A DNA stretch of 60,844 nucleotides, the filler included, from Diploschistes diacapsis (Eukaryota): the NCBI GenBank assembly GCA_023645945.1. It is 6 parts of 6 records of this genome, joined end to end, with 100 filler letters (N's around TTAATTAATTAA, not from the genome) between each part and the next. Parts side by side here need not be neighbours in the genome. Positions count along the whole stretch, not along the records: positions 35,400 to 41,700 come from JALAIB010001413.1; positions 41,801 to 48,087 come from JALAIB010001414.1; positions 48,188 to 54,473 come from JALAIB010001415.1; 3 more parts are not named here. One strand, written 5' to 3'. Below are positions 38,118 through 49,870 of this stretch, piece after piece (the stretch's first letter is position 1; each line of letters begins with the position of its first letter). The notes beneath the pieces are model-generated. The model saw nothing but the letters and a program-made list of their open reading frames with translations. It was not told the origin of the DNA and ran no database searches. The translations under genes were made by a program, and so were the position numbers.

Positions 38118-38246
38118 CGGCTGATCGGAAAGGGAAGGAGAAGCGAGTTTAAGCGAGTTTAAGCGAGTTTTTCCGATGACTCAGACGACTCACGTGATGT
38201 CCGCCTCTCCGGCTCCTCCCGAAAAAGGTCTCGCTTACCATCCAAT
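38118..38246. promoter_or_regulatory. Putative regulatory module in the divergent SDR / cytochrome c intergenic region
   Basis: CGG-N5-CGG (38118-38128), TGACTCA (38177-38183), TCACGTGA (~38190-38197), CCG-N5-CCG (38201-38211), CCAAT (38241-38245). Motif matches only. Confidence 0.45.
38141..38170. repeat. Perfect 10-bp tandem repeat (AAGCGAGTTT)x3 upstream of cytochrome c
   Basis: AAGCGAGTTT AAGCGAGTTT AAGCGAGTTT is read directly. Confidence 0.85.
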
Positions 38247-38447
38247 CAACTATCGTGTATAATCAAGCAACGGGCTTTTTTTTATTACTTGTCTGTCTAT
38301 GTTGGGCCTGAGGTCATCCTATGCTCATACATACTTTCTATTTACTACTCAACTGCCACAAAATCCTGCTCCTGCTACATATTCTCTCTCGTTGATTATT
38401 TGAATTTCCTCGCACCATCTCTATAATCCTCCCTGCCTCCTGTTACC

Positions 38448-39155
38448 ATGCCCAAAAAGGAATCTTTCTCTGAAGGTACGTCTGCAGCTCAGATAACCCT
38501 GCACTTTTTCGTCTTTCGCAACTTCATCTTGCTTTTCGCTCCAAGGTTTATGGCGCAACGGTGAAATCACTCGCATTGCTTCTATGCTATCGGCAGTCTA
38601 AAGAGCGCTGTGTTTCGAAGTGTGCGACAGTTCGAGCCCGCTGCTGTCGCCACTGCAAGCCTGAGCGAAGAGAAACATGCTAACAGCGCTCCAGGTGACG
38701 ACAAGAAGGGCGCCAACCTCTTTAAGGTACACTGATCCTCTCTGCATATTTATAGGACGCCTGAGCTCATCATGAACAGACACGGTGCGCCCAGTGCCAC
38801 ACTCTAGAGGAGGGTGGAGGAAACAAGATTGGTCCCAACCTACACGGCCTCTTCGGGCGTAAGACTGGCCAGGTTGAGGGCTACTCCTATACCGACGCCA
38901 ACAAGGCCAAGGGCATAGAGTGGAAGGAAGACACTTTGGTACAATCACTGTTGCTACACTTGCCGGCATTCGATTGACGTTTTGTTAGTTCGAGTACCTC
39001 GAGAACCCCAAAAAATACATTCCCGGCACAAAGATGGCGTTCGGCGGTTTGAAGAAGGCCAAGGACCGGAACGACTTGATCACGTATGGAATGCACTCAA
39101 TCTCACACGACGCTGCTGATGCCTCTCTAGCCACTTGAGAAATGCCACCAAGTAA
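38448..39155 (+). CDS. CYC1: Cytochrome c (112 aa); exons 38448-38475, 38695-38726, 38780-38938, 38989-39083, 39131-39155
   Basis: Missed by the ORF track. Spliced: [112 protein letters not shown], with CxxCH heme motif and axial Met. Confidence 0.98.
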
Positions 39156-40085
39156 AAAAAACCTCCTAAAGTTTCGATAATTCCGCTCAGACGCCTTGGT
39201 CGCATCTGCGATCTTTTCTTTTCCCGTGTACTTGTACGATCCGATAGACTTGGTTCAGAAGCATGTCGGTAATGCATGAGGACCCAGGCATGGTTTGGAG
39301 GGCACGGTCTGTGCACCCATTAGACAGCGAGGCGCGTTGAGGTCTTCAACTTGTGTATTTATTCAGCGAAATACATAATATCTCTGCTCACAGTCGAAGC
39401 TGCTACTCTGACAATATTACAGTATGCTTAACAATAATTCTGCCACGGTCGTGATAGCGATGTAGGACATAAAGCCAGCATTCAATCTCTGCGGCACCAT
39501 AGAGTAGCACCAGAGTAACGCACAGTGACCCCGAGGCTACCATACTTTTGCGGCTAACAAATAGAATCGCTCGTCACGAAGGTGCAATGTGGAAGAGTGT
39601 GACATCCTGCTAGCTAGCCTTTGGCGGATATGCTTGTATCTCATGGCGAATTCTTGTTCCCATGTCCAACGTCAATTCGATACATGCCTTTACAAAACCT
39701 AATTCATTGGCTGTGATGTGCCCCATGGAAATGGCGGAGCGATTGGCCCACGTTCTTCCCCAGCCACCGGTATGTGCAGCATCTCAAACAACTCTCCAAA
39801 GTTTCATTCATCCCACTTCCATCCATCTATCTATCTGTCTTGTCAAAATATCTGTATCAATCAATATACTTTCCAATTTCATCCTTTTCACCAAAAGTGT
39901 CCAAAAGGGCTCTTCAAAACCCCATATCACTGTTGTATTCGTGGGGCCGTTGCCCGAGCACTGACTGAACCCCTCGATTCCCCTTGCATAACGTGCGAGG
40001 CCAAAACAGACCATTTTCATTGTCTCTTTATCATCCTAATCTTTATCCGCATATCCTTGGGTTGCCTTGAAATGTTTATACAGAC

Positions 40086-41700
40086 ATGACTAGCGCGACG
40101 CAGACAGAAGCCATATCCAAACTGGATCGCATGTTCGAATCGCATCCATCGCTATCGGCGTCGCTCGAGGACTTTGAGCAGAACGAGAAGAACTCCCCAA
40201 TGATCAGGTTACCGTCGCAACACTCCGGCTTCCGGGACGACAGCTCCGAGCCTGGCAACGATTCGACTTCCGAAGGTCCGTGGTCGCCGCCGGGCTGGAA
40301 GGGTGCTGGGAGCTCAAATGGCTGGTACCGGCACCAGCCATACCTGCGAGAGTCGCCGCTGGTGAAGTTCTCGAGGGCGGACTCTGGCACACACTCGCGC
40401 GATAGAGCATCGCGGAGTCCAGCGTTTGATGATGACGACCCGACGCTGCCGATGAACATCCCCTTGCCGAGGGGGTCGATGTCCCCGGAAAAGGGCTTCT
40501 CGGCCAGCCCGGCGCCAGAACAGGCTCGAATGAAGAAGGAGGCTAGCGAGCGGATCCGAAGCGAAGACACCATCAAAGAAGAAGGGGAGCCTTCGGAAGA
40601 AAAGAAGGATAACTGTACAGAACAACAGCTACCTGTTTCGACCTCTGCTAACCGGCCCAGACATCCGCTTCGCCCTCCGCGCTGAAGTCCAGCAGCGCAC
40701 CGACATCGTCGAAGCCGCAATGCAATGGATCCAGCAGCGGTACCACGCCCTGACCAAGCCGCGGCCCTCCCTCCTAACAAGCCTCGCCGTCGTCGTGCTC
40801 TCGCTCCTCTGTCTCCGCTTGCTCACCTACTCCCCCGGCGAGGCCCCCTTCCCCGACATCGTCAAGGTCGCCTCCCTCGCGCGCTCCTTCGAGCCGATGA
40901 TCTACTACAGCGAAAACGGCATCTCGCACATCGACGAGCTGCAAGAAACGGGGACCGCGGTCTGGGACCTGGGCGAGAGCATGCGCGCCGCAAACATGAC
41001 ATCCTCGCCTCTCATCGTCGCCGAGCTCGACAACCTCTCCGACTCGCTCAAGGGTCTCGCGCACGAGCTTACCGACTTCTTCGCGGCGGTGGACGGCGAC
41101 GTCGACAACATTATCTTGGTGATGGAATGGGCGAAGCGCGAGCTCGCCACACTCACCGCGACCCCTTCCTCCCCTCTCTCTTCCGCCCTGCACGGCCTGC
41201 ACGCCCTCTTCTCGGCCCTGGGCATGCTCTCGGACCCGCACGCCTCCGGCGCTGCCCCGACGACCCTCGACCTCATCCTCTCGTCGCTGATCGCGCGCAC
41301 GCCGGCCCAAAAGACGCGCCTGACGCTCGAGCGCACCTTCACGGAACTCCTGTCCACGCTGGAGGAGACCATCAACTCGGAGCTCACGCACACCTCCAGT
41401 CTCTTCGCCCTCTTCGCCAACATCGACCGCCAGTTCCTCAACCTGCAGCGCTCCACCGTGCGCGAGCTCGACACGCAGGAGCGGCTGGAGGGCGAGGTGC
41501 TCTCCAGCCTCTGGATGCGCGCCATGGGCGCCGGGCGGTCCAAGCTGCGGAAGTACGAGAAGAACAGGGTGCTGTTGCAGAGCGTGCGGGAGAAGACGGT
41601 CGCGAACAAGAATCTGCTGGTCGAGCACTCGGGGAAGCTGATGGCGCTGAAGGGGAGTCTGGAGAATTTGAGGAGGAGGCTGGTGGGGCCGCTGTTTAAG
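40086..41700 (+). CDS. Hypothetical membrane-anchored coiled-coil protein, 3' end lost in gap; exons 40086-40614, 40661->41700
   Basis: Two ORFs join via GTACAG..GCTAAC..CAG (NYIRFALRAEVQQRTD); one TM helix (LLTSLAVVVLSLLCLRLL); strong GC bias at third codon positions. Confidence 0.82.
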
Positions 41701-44700
41701 NNNNNNNNNNNNNNNNNNNNNNNNNNNNNNNNNNNNNNNNNNNNTTAATTAATTAANNNNNNNNNNNNNNNNNNNNNNNNNNNNNNNNNNNNNNNNNNNN
41801 GATATAAGTGGAAGTGGGGGTGGGGTGGGGAAGTGGAGTTGGGACAGGTTGGGTTGGGTACTTTGTCGCAGTTGTGATGTTGTATTTCCACGGCGGTTTC
41901 CCAAAGCATTGAGAGAGGTAGCTTGGCATTGGCATTGGCACATGTTTCGGAGCGCAGCGGAACACTTTTATATGAAGACAAGTGTGCGCGGTATGCATAG
42001 GAAGGTCGCAACTTGCATATATATATATTTTTTTTTCACTTCCTCCTCGCCGAAGCTTCAGCCTGCCTGGACAACACCAGCGCAGAACTAGGACTCAGCA
42101 TGCGCTCGCTCTACCCCATCGCGTTCTTGCCCGGCTTATTATATTCGCGGAACGCAATACGGAGTGGGCCTTGCTTTGCGTGCTGCTACGAAGCTTCCGC
42201 CTTCTTCGCTGCTGCTGCTGCCGCCGGAGCTTCGAGGCGGGTATCCCGTCGATTTCTGGGCCCCCGAAAACAGTAGCGTATTAGCCCCATGTTGCTGGGT
42301 ACCAGGAACACCGGTGTTCCTCATGCCCTCATAACCCCCCCCTTCCATTCCTGGAACGACTTGGTAAAAAGAAATTGTGTTACAGAATATCATCTCTGTC
42401 ACGTCGTGGCTTGTCTTTGACAAGCTATCACCCCATCATTTCTCTGAACCCTGTTTTTGACGTGAAGAGAGAGGGGGTCACGAAGCTCGTTTTTTGGGTG
42501 CTCCGGGAGCTTGCTTCTGAACGTGCCTGCCTGGGGCGAGGACCTTGCCTGGGACTTTTCCGGCATGGTCCTCGCTGGGCCCTATCTATGCAGTGGCAAC
42601 AGTCGGTTTTGCAGCGGCGTTGTGCTATCGATATCTAGCATCAAGGATTGACCTTGGCGGGGGGGATTATTCAATGTCTTGCGTGCGATCGGTTCAGCAG
42701 GGAATTCCTGCAGTATGTTCGAAGACGTATGCTAGAGCTGCATCTGTCGCCCGGACCGGACCGTATCGAGCTTGGAACTCATCCATGCAAGCGAAGGGGC
42801 AACGAGAAAAGACGCCGTACAGCCCGCGCGCGCGCGAAGGGTAGGGCCCTCAACCTAGTCCGCAGCTATCGGGAGAGCTATCCGCGTTCGAGAGCGTATT
42901 GAGACAACCATACAATGCCTCCGTACGTGCGGACAGGACCTTGGTGCATCGGATAAGGCAACGCGCAGAGGGCTTGTTAAAGCATCACAGAGTCTCTAAA
43001 CGAGCACTTGGGCGCTAGCATGAACATTGAACGTCGTAGAGCAATCTGAAGCATGCCTGATGGAATGGGTAACTGAAACGGTTATCAGGGGAACGAGCTG
43101 CAGCGGAAGATTAACGAGAGAAGTGGCCAAATGGCAGAAGCGCCCTTGTGCAGCGTATGCGGGCGCCTATGAAACACTTTTGGAACGGCGCGCGAGGGAC
43201 ATAGCATCTGGAAGTGTTGATCAAGGGGATATTTGCGCGATTCTCGACAGCGAGACCACCGCCGCCTGCTGAGAGGTTAATATGGATTGAAGCCCGAAAA
43301 TTTCCTTGTAACTTCCGTGGTGCTCTGGACCCGAAAGTACAAAATACAGGATCCAATCAAGACCTTTCAGCATATGCCCGAAGCTGTACTCCAATTCTGC
43401 TCATGATGCAGTTATGTGATATAGCTTCATGCTCGGCGAGTCAGTCTTGAATTTCGGGACACGAGTAGATATCCTCGATTTCCAAGATGAGCGCTACATA
43501 AAACCATTAGGCGCGTCTGCCGAGGATAATGGCAACAGCATTTGCTTAACAAAGACCTGAGATACTGGACAGCGTATCTGAGACTGTCAGGCTTCTAGAT
43601 GTTCGTCGTTCGATAGTCTCCCAAAGCCAAGATCAGTGCCAGTGACCCAGGTTAGATTAGTAGAAGGATAATAACGTCGGGTGATTTACTTTGTGCCTTA
43701 TGGAAATGCGGTATATGGACCATGGACCGCAATTAGGCTGAATAACTTGGTAAACCGACATGGACAAGTGCTGCCCCCACGTCTCCCAAAGATAGGTGAC
43801 AAGTACTACAACGCTGAGTGACCCATCGGCCATCAACCTTTTCACCGTGCCCATTAAGGAGTCGCTATGTTACGATAGATAGCTTGTCGGCATCCCTTTC
43901 GGTCCATTGTCAACCTACTTTTCATACTGTTCCCTTGCATATGAAACTGATAATGCCGCGTGAGATTTTTCTCTGTCCATCTTTTGCTGCTACTGTAGCA
44001 GGTTACGGAGTGTTTCGGACGAGCCTCCTCTGGAAGACCACCATAGATGGCTTCCGGATTCGCAGGCGTGCTGAGACTGCCTCGCAATGGAGGATTTTCA
44101 AATCTTGTTTCGTCATCGAACATGTCTCGCGCAAGACACTTTTGCCCGAGCTTTCCTTTGACTTGCCGTCTGATAGTATACACGTCTCTACAAGTCATGT
44201 GCAACGGCTCTTCTTGGTATCAAGTCCGAGGAGCTCTCGGTATAAAAGAAGGTTGCAGTAGTGCAAAACTGCACGCCACGAACTGTTGGCAGGCAATTAC
44301 CTGATTGGAAGGAGCAAGATAGTTAGTAATACTGGAGTTTTCTTGTTCCGGAGTAGGGCAAGTACAAAAGTTATTATATTATTATATTGTATGTGGGTTA
44401 TGAGTTAAAGAAGCTCGGAGGACTAGCTACGGAGGTGGGTGCGAGGTGCATGCGGGGGGCAATGATCAGTTTGAGGTAGTGCAGTTATATAGTATCCAGT
44501 AGCTACGCTCTTGCCCGGCCTGAACCGAATCAAATGAGTGGAGGATAGACACAGCATAGTCACAGCACTCACATAGGTATACAGAGTTAGTTGTAGTAGA
44601 CAATAATAATAATAATACTAATAATTGGCCCGTGTCGCCAGCATCCTAGTTTCCCAGTCTGCCGTCACGTGACTCATGTCAGATCCGAAGGAGCAGCGTT

Positions 44701-46322
44701 ATGGCGCAAAGAAACGCAGTTCAAACAGCTTCCGTCTTGCCATGCGCTGTGAAGCATGCTGTGCAGTAATTCCTGATTCCTAGACGCTGATGATTGTTTT
44801 CCTTGGAATGACACAGATTGCATTTGTGCAAGTATCCTGTCATCCTGTCATCCTGTTGAGGATCCCGTTCTGATTCAACACTGCCATTGGGCGACCGCCC
44901 CGGGTGTATCACGGGCTCTGACTTTTCAGGCAGGACCTGAGTGCTGCAAACACAACTTCAAAATGGCTACAGTATCAGAGCAAGGACATGTAGAGCATAT
45001 GTCCATATGTGAGGCTTTGTGGTATAAGATGCAAAGGGGTGGTGGGTGAGTGGCGTCTTGGAAAGCTATCACAAGAGCAAACAGCAAAAAACTCCTGTCG
45101 CTCCACACACCCCCTTTTCATGCCTTGTACTTCCCAATCTTCTAGTATTATTAGTAAACGGCGGTATGCGACGCACATCGAATCATGTCTCGAATTCTAG
45201 CAGTGAGCGCCGATGCGGCCGTTGATCGCAATGCCGCTTCAGCACACACTAGGCTAGATACTTTTTCCGCCTTTCCTCCTTTCCCCTTTCTCCCTCGTAA
45301 CCCCATCTCACTCTCCAATCCTTCTTCATGCACATGGGGCATCACGCCGCTCTCCTCGAGCATGCAGAGAAGGCAGAGAAGAGGCAGAAGGGGGTCCTGG
45401 TGCCCCACACGGAATCCCTAGTGTGTAGTAGTCCATCTCATCGACTGCCGCTGCCACTGCACGATAAAAGCCATCTGTAGTTGATAATGACGGGATAACT
45501 CGTCGAATCCAAGCTTGGGTGAACAATGTCTAGCGCAAGGAGCAATCGACTCTTTTGAAAGGGATTCCCGCCCGGCTAACCTACTGACTGCCTACAGCAA
45601 AGAGTGCATCATCATATGCACCCATAAAACACAGGTATCGCGCGGTAGCAGCAGCTTGTTCATCATTCCCAAGGCATTATTTATCCTTCCATGCCTCCCC
45701 TTCTATTTCCAGTGGGCTCGATGCCGTGTTCTTTATGCATTTCCCACCAGATTCGTGCTCGCATAGAGCCAACGCCTCTCTCGCCTGCCAGCTCCAGACT
45801 CGATAGCGCTGTTGGTGCCTCTCGGCTAGTCCACCAAGGGTTGCAACTCGTACATGCTACTGTATGCTAAGTTACTCCAACGCTGAAGGCCTGCGTCAGT
45901 GTTTGAGACAGTTCTCCAAATATTTGCCCCGAGCACGCTACCAAGGCCAAAGTGCAGGGCACAGAAACAACCCGTTCGCTTCTGCTGGCGTTGTAGAGTT
46001 GCACATTAAGCTCGTTCCTGGCCGTCTGTTGTAACTTTGTATCTCGGCCGTTCCTCCCGCACAACTTTCGGCCTCGCAGCTCTCACCCACTTCTCCAACC
46101 CTGCACCGCCTCATATATCCAAAGCACAACTCCCATCCAGTTTTTGGGTCACAGCAGACGAGCTTTACTCTACAAATCCAGCCAGGCCCCCCAAAGATCT
46201 TGAGCTGCATTTTGCTCCTGGATTGACGCAAACCTTCCATAATCAATGACAGATCTCTCAAACTCTACTCATTAAACTCGCCCAGTATCATATATAAGAT
46301 TCGACTACACGAAGCTACCGGC

Positions 46323-47330
46323 ATGCCTGTCCTCATGCGTCGGCGGCCCTCGCTGGACCTTCGGAGGGCCGCAAGAGCGGCCGAGGATGCCTCTCGAGGC
46401 GGTTCTGTTGCCTCTTCCTCTGAAGCTACTTACAAACACTATCTCGAGGCCGAAATGGACCTTGCAAGACAAAAGCTGTCCAACTTACCCTCTCGTCACA
46501 AGTCTCGCAGAGAGCTAAGGCTCGCAACCTCCTCGCCCGTTCTACACCAGCAGTACCAGTCCGACGAGGAACAGCCCTCTCCCACGCCGGACGACGGCGA
46601 TAACGGATCGGAATACTTGTCATGCGAAGTCAGCTCCGAGGAGGATTTCGAGACCCACTCCGAAGACGATCTGGATTTTGACGAAGACTTCGACGCTCGT
46701 ATCGCCCTGCCGGTTATCTTCGTAGCGGCCGCGGAAGCGGTTGCAATGCCCATCCGCGCAGTGGGCCGCCCGAACATGGTCAGCATTTCGACCCTCGCGC
46801 CAATGCAAAAACGCACCCTTCCAATCTCGCGCCCTGAATCCGCTTCTTTCACCATTCTCCGCAGGTTTAAGGCTCCGTTGCCGACCACCTTGCGCGGAAC
46901 TGTCTACCAGCCGGTCGAGCCGGTCAGGCCGGTAATGACCCGCAATTTCAGCACCCCAATCCAGCGCTCCGAATACAACGTTCCCTCTCACAGCTATAGC
47001 GGCTCCAGTCCGTCTTCATCTCTTTCATCTCTATCTAGCGGGCCGACGTCCGATGTGGAGGAGGCCGATTTGCTCATTCGCGAGAGCAACGAGATCCAGG
47101 ACCGCTCACGGACTCTCCTTGCGGGTACGGAATGGGATCTAGCATTGGAAAGCCAGACCCCAACCACCTACGAGGAGTACGATCCGTTTGCACTCCGACC
47201 ACCGACCCTCATCACAGCGAAACCGTATCGTTTTCCGGAGCCGGAGACGCCGGGGAAGGCGAGAGCGTGGTCGCGCTTTGCACTACGGACGAAATTCATG
47301 GCAGCGGATAGGAAAACGTCGAAATTTTGA
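46323..47330 (+). CDS. Hypothetical protein (335 aa), acidic/Ser-rich, probably largely disordered
   Basis: 1008-nt ORF with coding-like GC content and GGCATG start context; no recognised domain. Confidence 0.65.
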   Translation: MPVLMRRRPSLDLRRAARAAEDASRGGSVASSSEATYKHYLEAEMDLARQKLSNLPSRHKSRRELRLATSSPVLHQQYQSDEEQPSPTPDDGDNGSEYLSCEVSSEEDFETHSEDDLDFDEDFDARIALPVIFVAAAEAVAMPIRAVGRPNMVSISTLAPMQKRTLPISRPESASFTILRRFKAPLPTTLRGTVYQPVEPVRPVMTRNFSTPIQRSEYNVPSHSYSGSSPSSSLSSLSSGPTSDVEEADLLIRESNEIQDRSRTLLAGTEWDLALESQTPTTYEEYDPFALRPPTLITAKPYRFPEPETPGKARAWSRFALRTKFMAADRKTSKF

Positions 47331-48187
47331 AACCAACGACCGTCACGAAGCGAGGCGTTCACCGAGCAGGCTTTTCTACACATTCGTTCACGATACCACT
47401 GGAGAGGCAATAACCCACAGACTTAGGGGACCGGAATTTTTGTTTTGGCGGGAGCCGCCATAGCCCATTCGTTTCAAGGCACATAGTTTGTTTTCATGCA
47501 TGCAATCGAAACGGACCCGAATCGATTAGTTTTTTTTTTTTTCAGAGCCGCACAATCGATGCACGTCGGCTCATTTATGCTTAATCTCTATGCATTGTTA
47601 ACTGCCCACCTGCGCCCCTATCTGCCTCATATATCCTCCCCCCAAAGAAAAGCGGTCCCGCGGAGCCGCCCCTTTTTGGCATGCGGTTGGCTCCCAACAA
47701 CATGCATCGAAAGCAACAATTTAGCAACACCTCTTTACATAGGGTACCTAATGTTCAAACAACGAAGATGGTTCTCGACCCCGAGCCCAAGCGCGACCGT
47801 GGCGGGTCTATGGGGAAAACCCAACCAAACCGTCTTTAGAGCCGCTCTGCCGTGTCCCCTCCACGAACCGACCGTTTTCCAGACCTGCCCCCGGAGATAT
47901 AAAGTATTCCCGTGGTTGAAGCTTTCTATGGTTTTGCTGCACGGTCCAAACTCGGTGGCATGGAGCACACAACCTACTCTTCCGTAACCATGATTCACTC
48001 GTGCCTTACGCTGCTGGATCCATGTGCAAGTTACGTTTCGATGGGCATGAAAAGGGGGGACCCCCCCGGCCGTTGCTCCAGCCAGGCNNNNNNNNNNNNN
48101 NNNNNNNNNNNNNNNNNNNNNNNNNNNNNNNTTAATTAATTAANNNNNNNNNNNNNNNNNNNNNNNNNNNNNNNNNNNNNNNNNNNN

Positions 48188-48484
48188 TCATAATTGTAAA
48201 ATTATAAAAAAAAAATATTTAAAATTATTTCGATAAATATACGGAGACGGATAACGAAATAAAAATTTTTTTAATACGGACATTAACACGGACAGTATAT
48301 TATAATAAAAACACGGACACGGATATTATAATTAAAAATTTTAAAATATTAATATTAATACGAACACTGCACTTCCGTGAATCCACGGACACGGACACTG
48401 CGACTAAAAAATCTAAAATACTGACACTGACATTATCAGTATCCGTGTCACTGACACGGCCGTGTCAGTGTGTTATGATCTCTA
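48188..48484. mobile_element. Putative hAT-like transposon end with ACGGAC/CTGACA subterminal repeats
   Basis: Many (C)ACGGAC and CTGACA units, a 22-bp palindrome at 48449-48470, and a terminus GTGTTATGATCTCTA (reverse complement TAGAGATCATAACAC, resembling the hAT YARNG consensus); AT-rich. Confidence 0.5.
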
Positions 48485-48559
48485 TCTCTATAATGTAGAC
48501 ACGAGGTATTGATTAAGGTGGTTTTGATCTCTGTTAGAAGAGGAGTATGATACATCACG

Positions 48560-48740
48560 AAAAGTTTTTGGCGGCGAAACACCGCGAAAATCCGCAAGGT
48601 TGGCGAAACTAGCGAAACCGGCGAGGTGGGCGACAGATAATGCGTTCAAGCGACTCGTTAACTTTCGTTAAAGGTTTGGCAAAACCGGCGAAACTAACGA
48701 AACTAACGAAACTGGCGAAACTGGCGTGTTATGATCTCTA
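48560..48740. mobile_element. Second putative hAT-like end with GCGAAAC subterminal repeats
   Basis: Repeated (G)GCGAAACT/ACGAAACT units ending in the same GTGTTATGATCTCTA (48726-48740). Confidence 0.45.
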
Positions 48741-48801
48741 TTTATACAAGGTATACACGAATAGGATCAAGGTGGGTTTGGTTTCTATTAAAAAAGGAGT
48801 G

Positions 48802-49233
48802 TGTTGAAAGTGGTGGAAGTTCCTAATAGATAACTGATGACTAAGAGTGTATTCTTCAGCTAGTCCTAACTAGGGAATAATCCTAGCCTGCCTAGCCTGG
48901 TAGCTGACTATTGTTTAATGATTATATTGAAGAGGTTTTAGGTTATAACTATGAACGATGGAGGGTGAGAGGCCTTTTATAGGCACATTTCACGCTAGTG
49001 TGATTAGTAATAATCTAATCTAGAATGTTCCTTATCCTTTCAAATCATTCCATGCATTAGTAAGCCGAATATTCTAGAATATTCTAGAATATTCGATGAT
49101 ATTTAATAATCTTCGATGATGTTCTATTATGTTCTAGAATATTCTAGAACCTTTTAGAACCTTCTAGAATATTCGAACATGCTAGAAGCTTAATAAGCAA
49201 TTTGACTAACCTATTTAGGTTAGTATTCTGACA
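48802..49233 (-). mobile_element. Solo-LTR-like element (~432 bp)
   Basis: Bounded by TG..CA (TGTTGAAAG..TTCTGACA); minus strand has GCCTATAAAAGGCC followed by a pyrimidine tract; internal TTCTAGAATA repeats; related copies at 28582, 51697 and 52272. No clean TSD, and orientation is inferred from the TATA only. Confidence 0.6.
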
Positions 49234-49400
49234 AAATCTAAGTTTTTATACTAAAGGTGGCTTCTCCACCTGAGCCACCGCTAAAATTTATGACCGTCAA
49301 TATTTCGGTCGGAATAACTGCCCCCGATTTGGCTTAATGTGCATTCAAGCTTGCGGCTTTAGAATTCCACACTTGATTGGTAATAACCTGTCAGTAATTA

Positions 49401-49685
49401 ACGTGTTTCATCACTTAACGGATCACACCACAAAGCGGCTCACAATCCCTGCACCTTCGTAAAATATATTTCTTAACATTTTCACCTTTCGTACAAATAA
49501 TTTTATATGTGGTTGTGGGGCTCAAAAGCTCGCTTAAAACTATCTAGCGCATCCATATTTGTACGAAGCTAAATCTGTTCTCAACTACAACTACCCCGTT
49601 CTTCGGCCTTTAAGAAATACACTTTACGAAGGTGCAGGGATTGTGTTCCGCTTTGTGGTGTGTTCCGTTGTGTGGTGAAACACGT
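49401..49685 (+). mobile_element. MITE, 285 bp, 63-bp TIRs, TA target duplication (Fot1/pogo-like ACGT ends)
   Basis: Left TIR ACGTGTTTCATCAC..CCCTGCACCTTCGTAAA (49401-49463); imperfect reverse complement at 49623-49685; TA on both flanks. Confidence 0.88.
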
Positions 49686-49870
49686 TATGAGATGCGAGAC
49701 CGAAATACAGCGTAAATAGTACTAAGGTTGTGCTATCTTCCTCTTGTCCTCAAACGATTGCCTATCTGTGACTTATCTCCATGCTTCGACGTGCTCATCA
49801 AGGCCTGCTTTGAATGTCGAACAACTGATCATGGGCGCATATGCAGAAACCAACGATGAGAGACATGCCT

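Noticed and set aside
38476..38694. Long first intron of cytochrome c (and permease intron 20324-20544) as a riboswitch or snoRNA host
   Set aside because: Only a short GCGACAG/CTGTCGC stem; I found no TPP aptamer core or paired C/D boxes.
48790..48806. AAAAAAGGAGTG before TGTTG as the polypurine tract of a Copia element
   Set aside because: No gag/pol remnants are visible upstream, and the TATA-like signal points the other way; unresolved, so not called.
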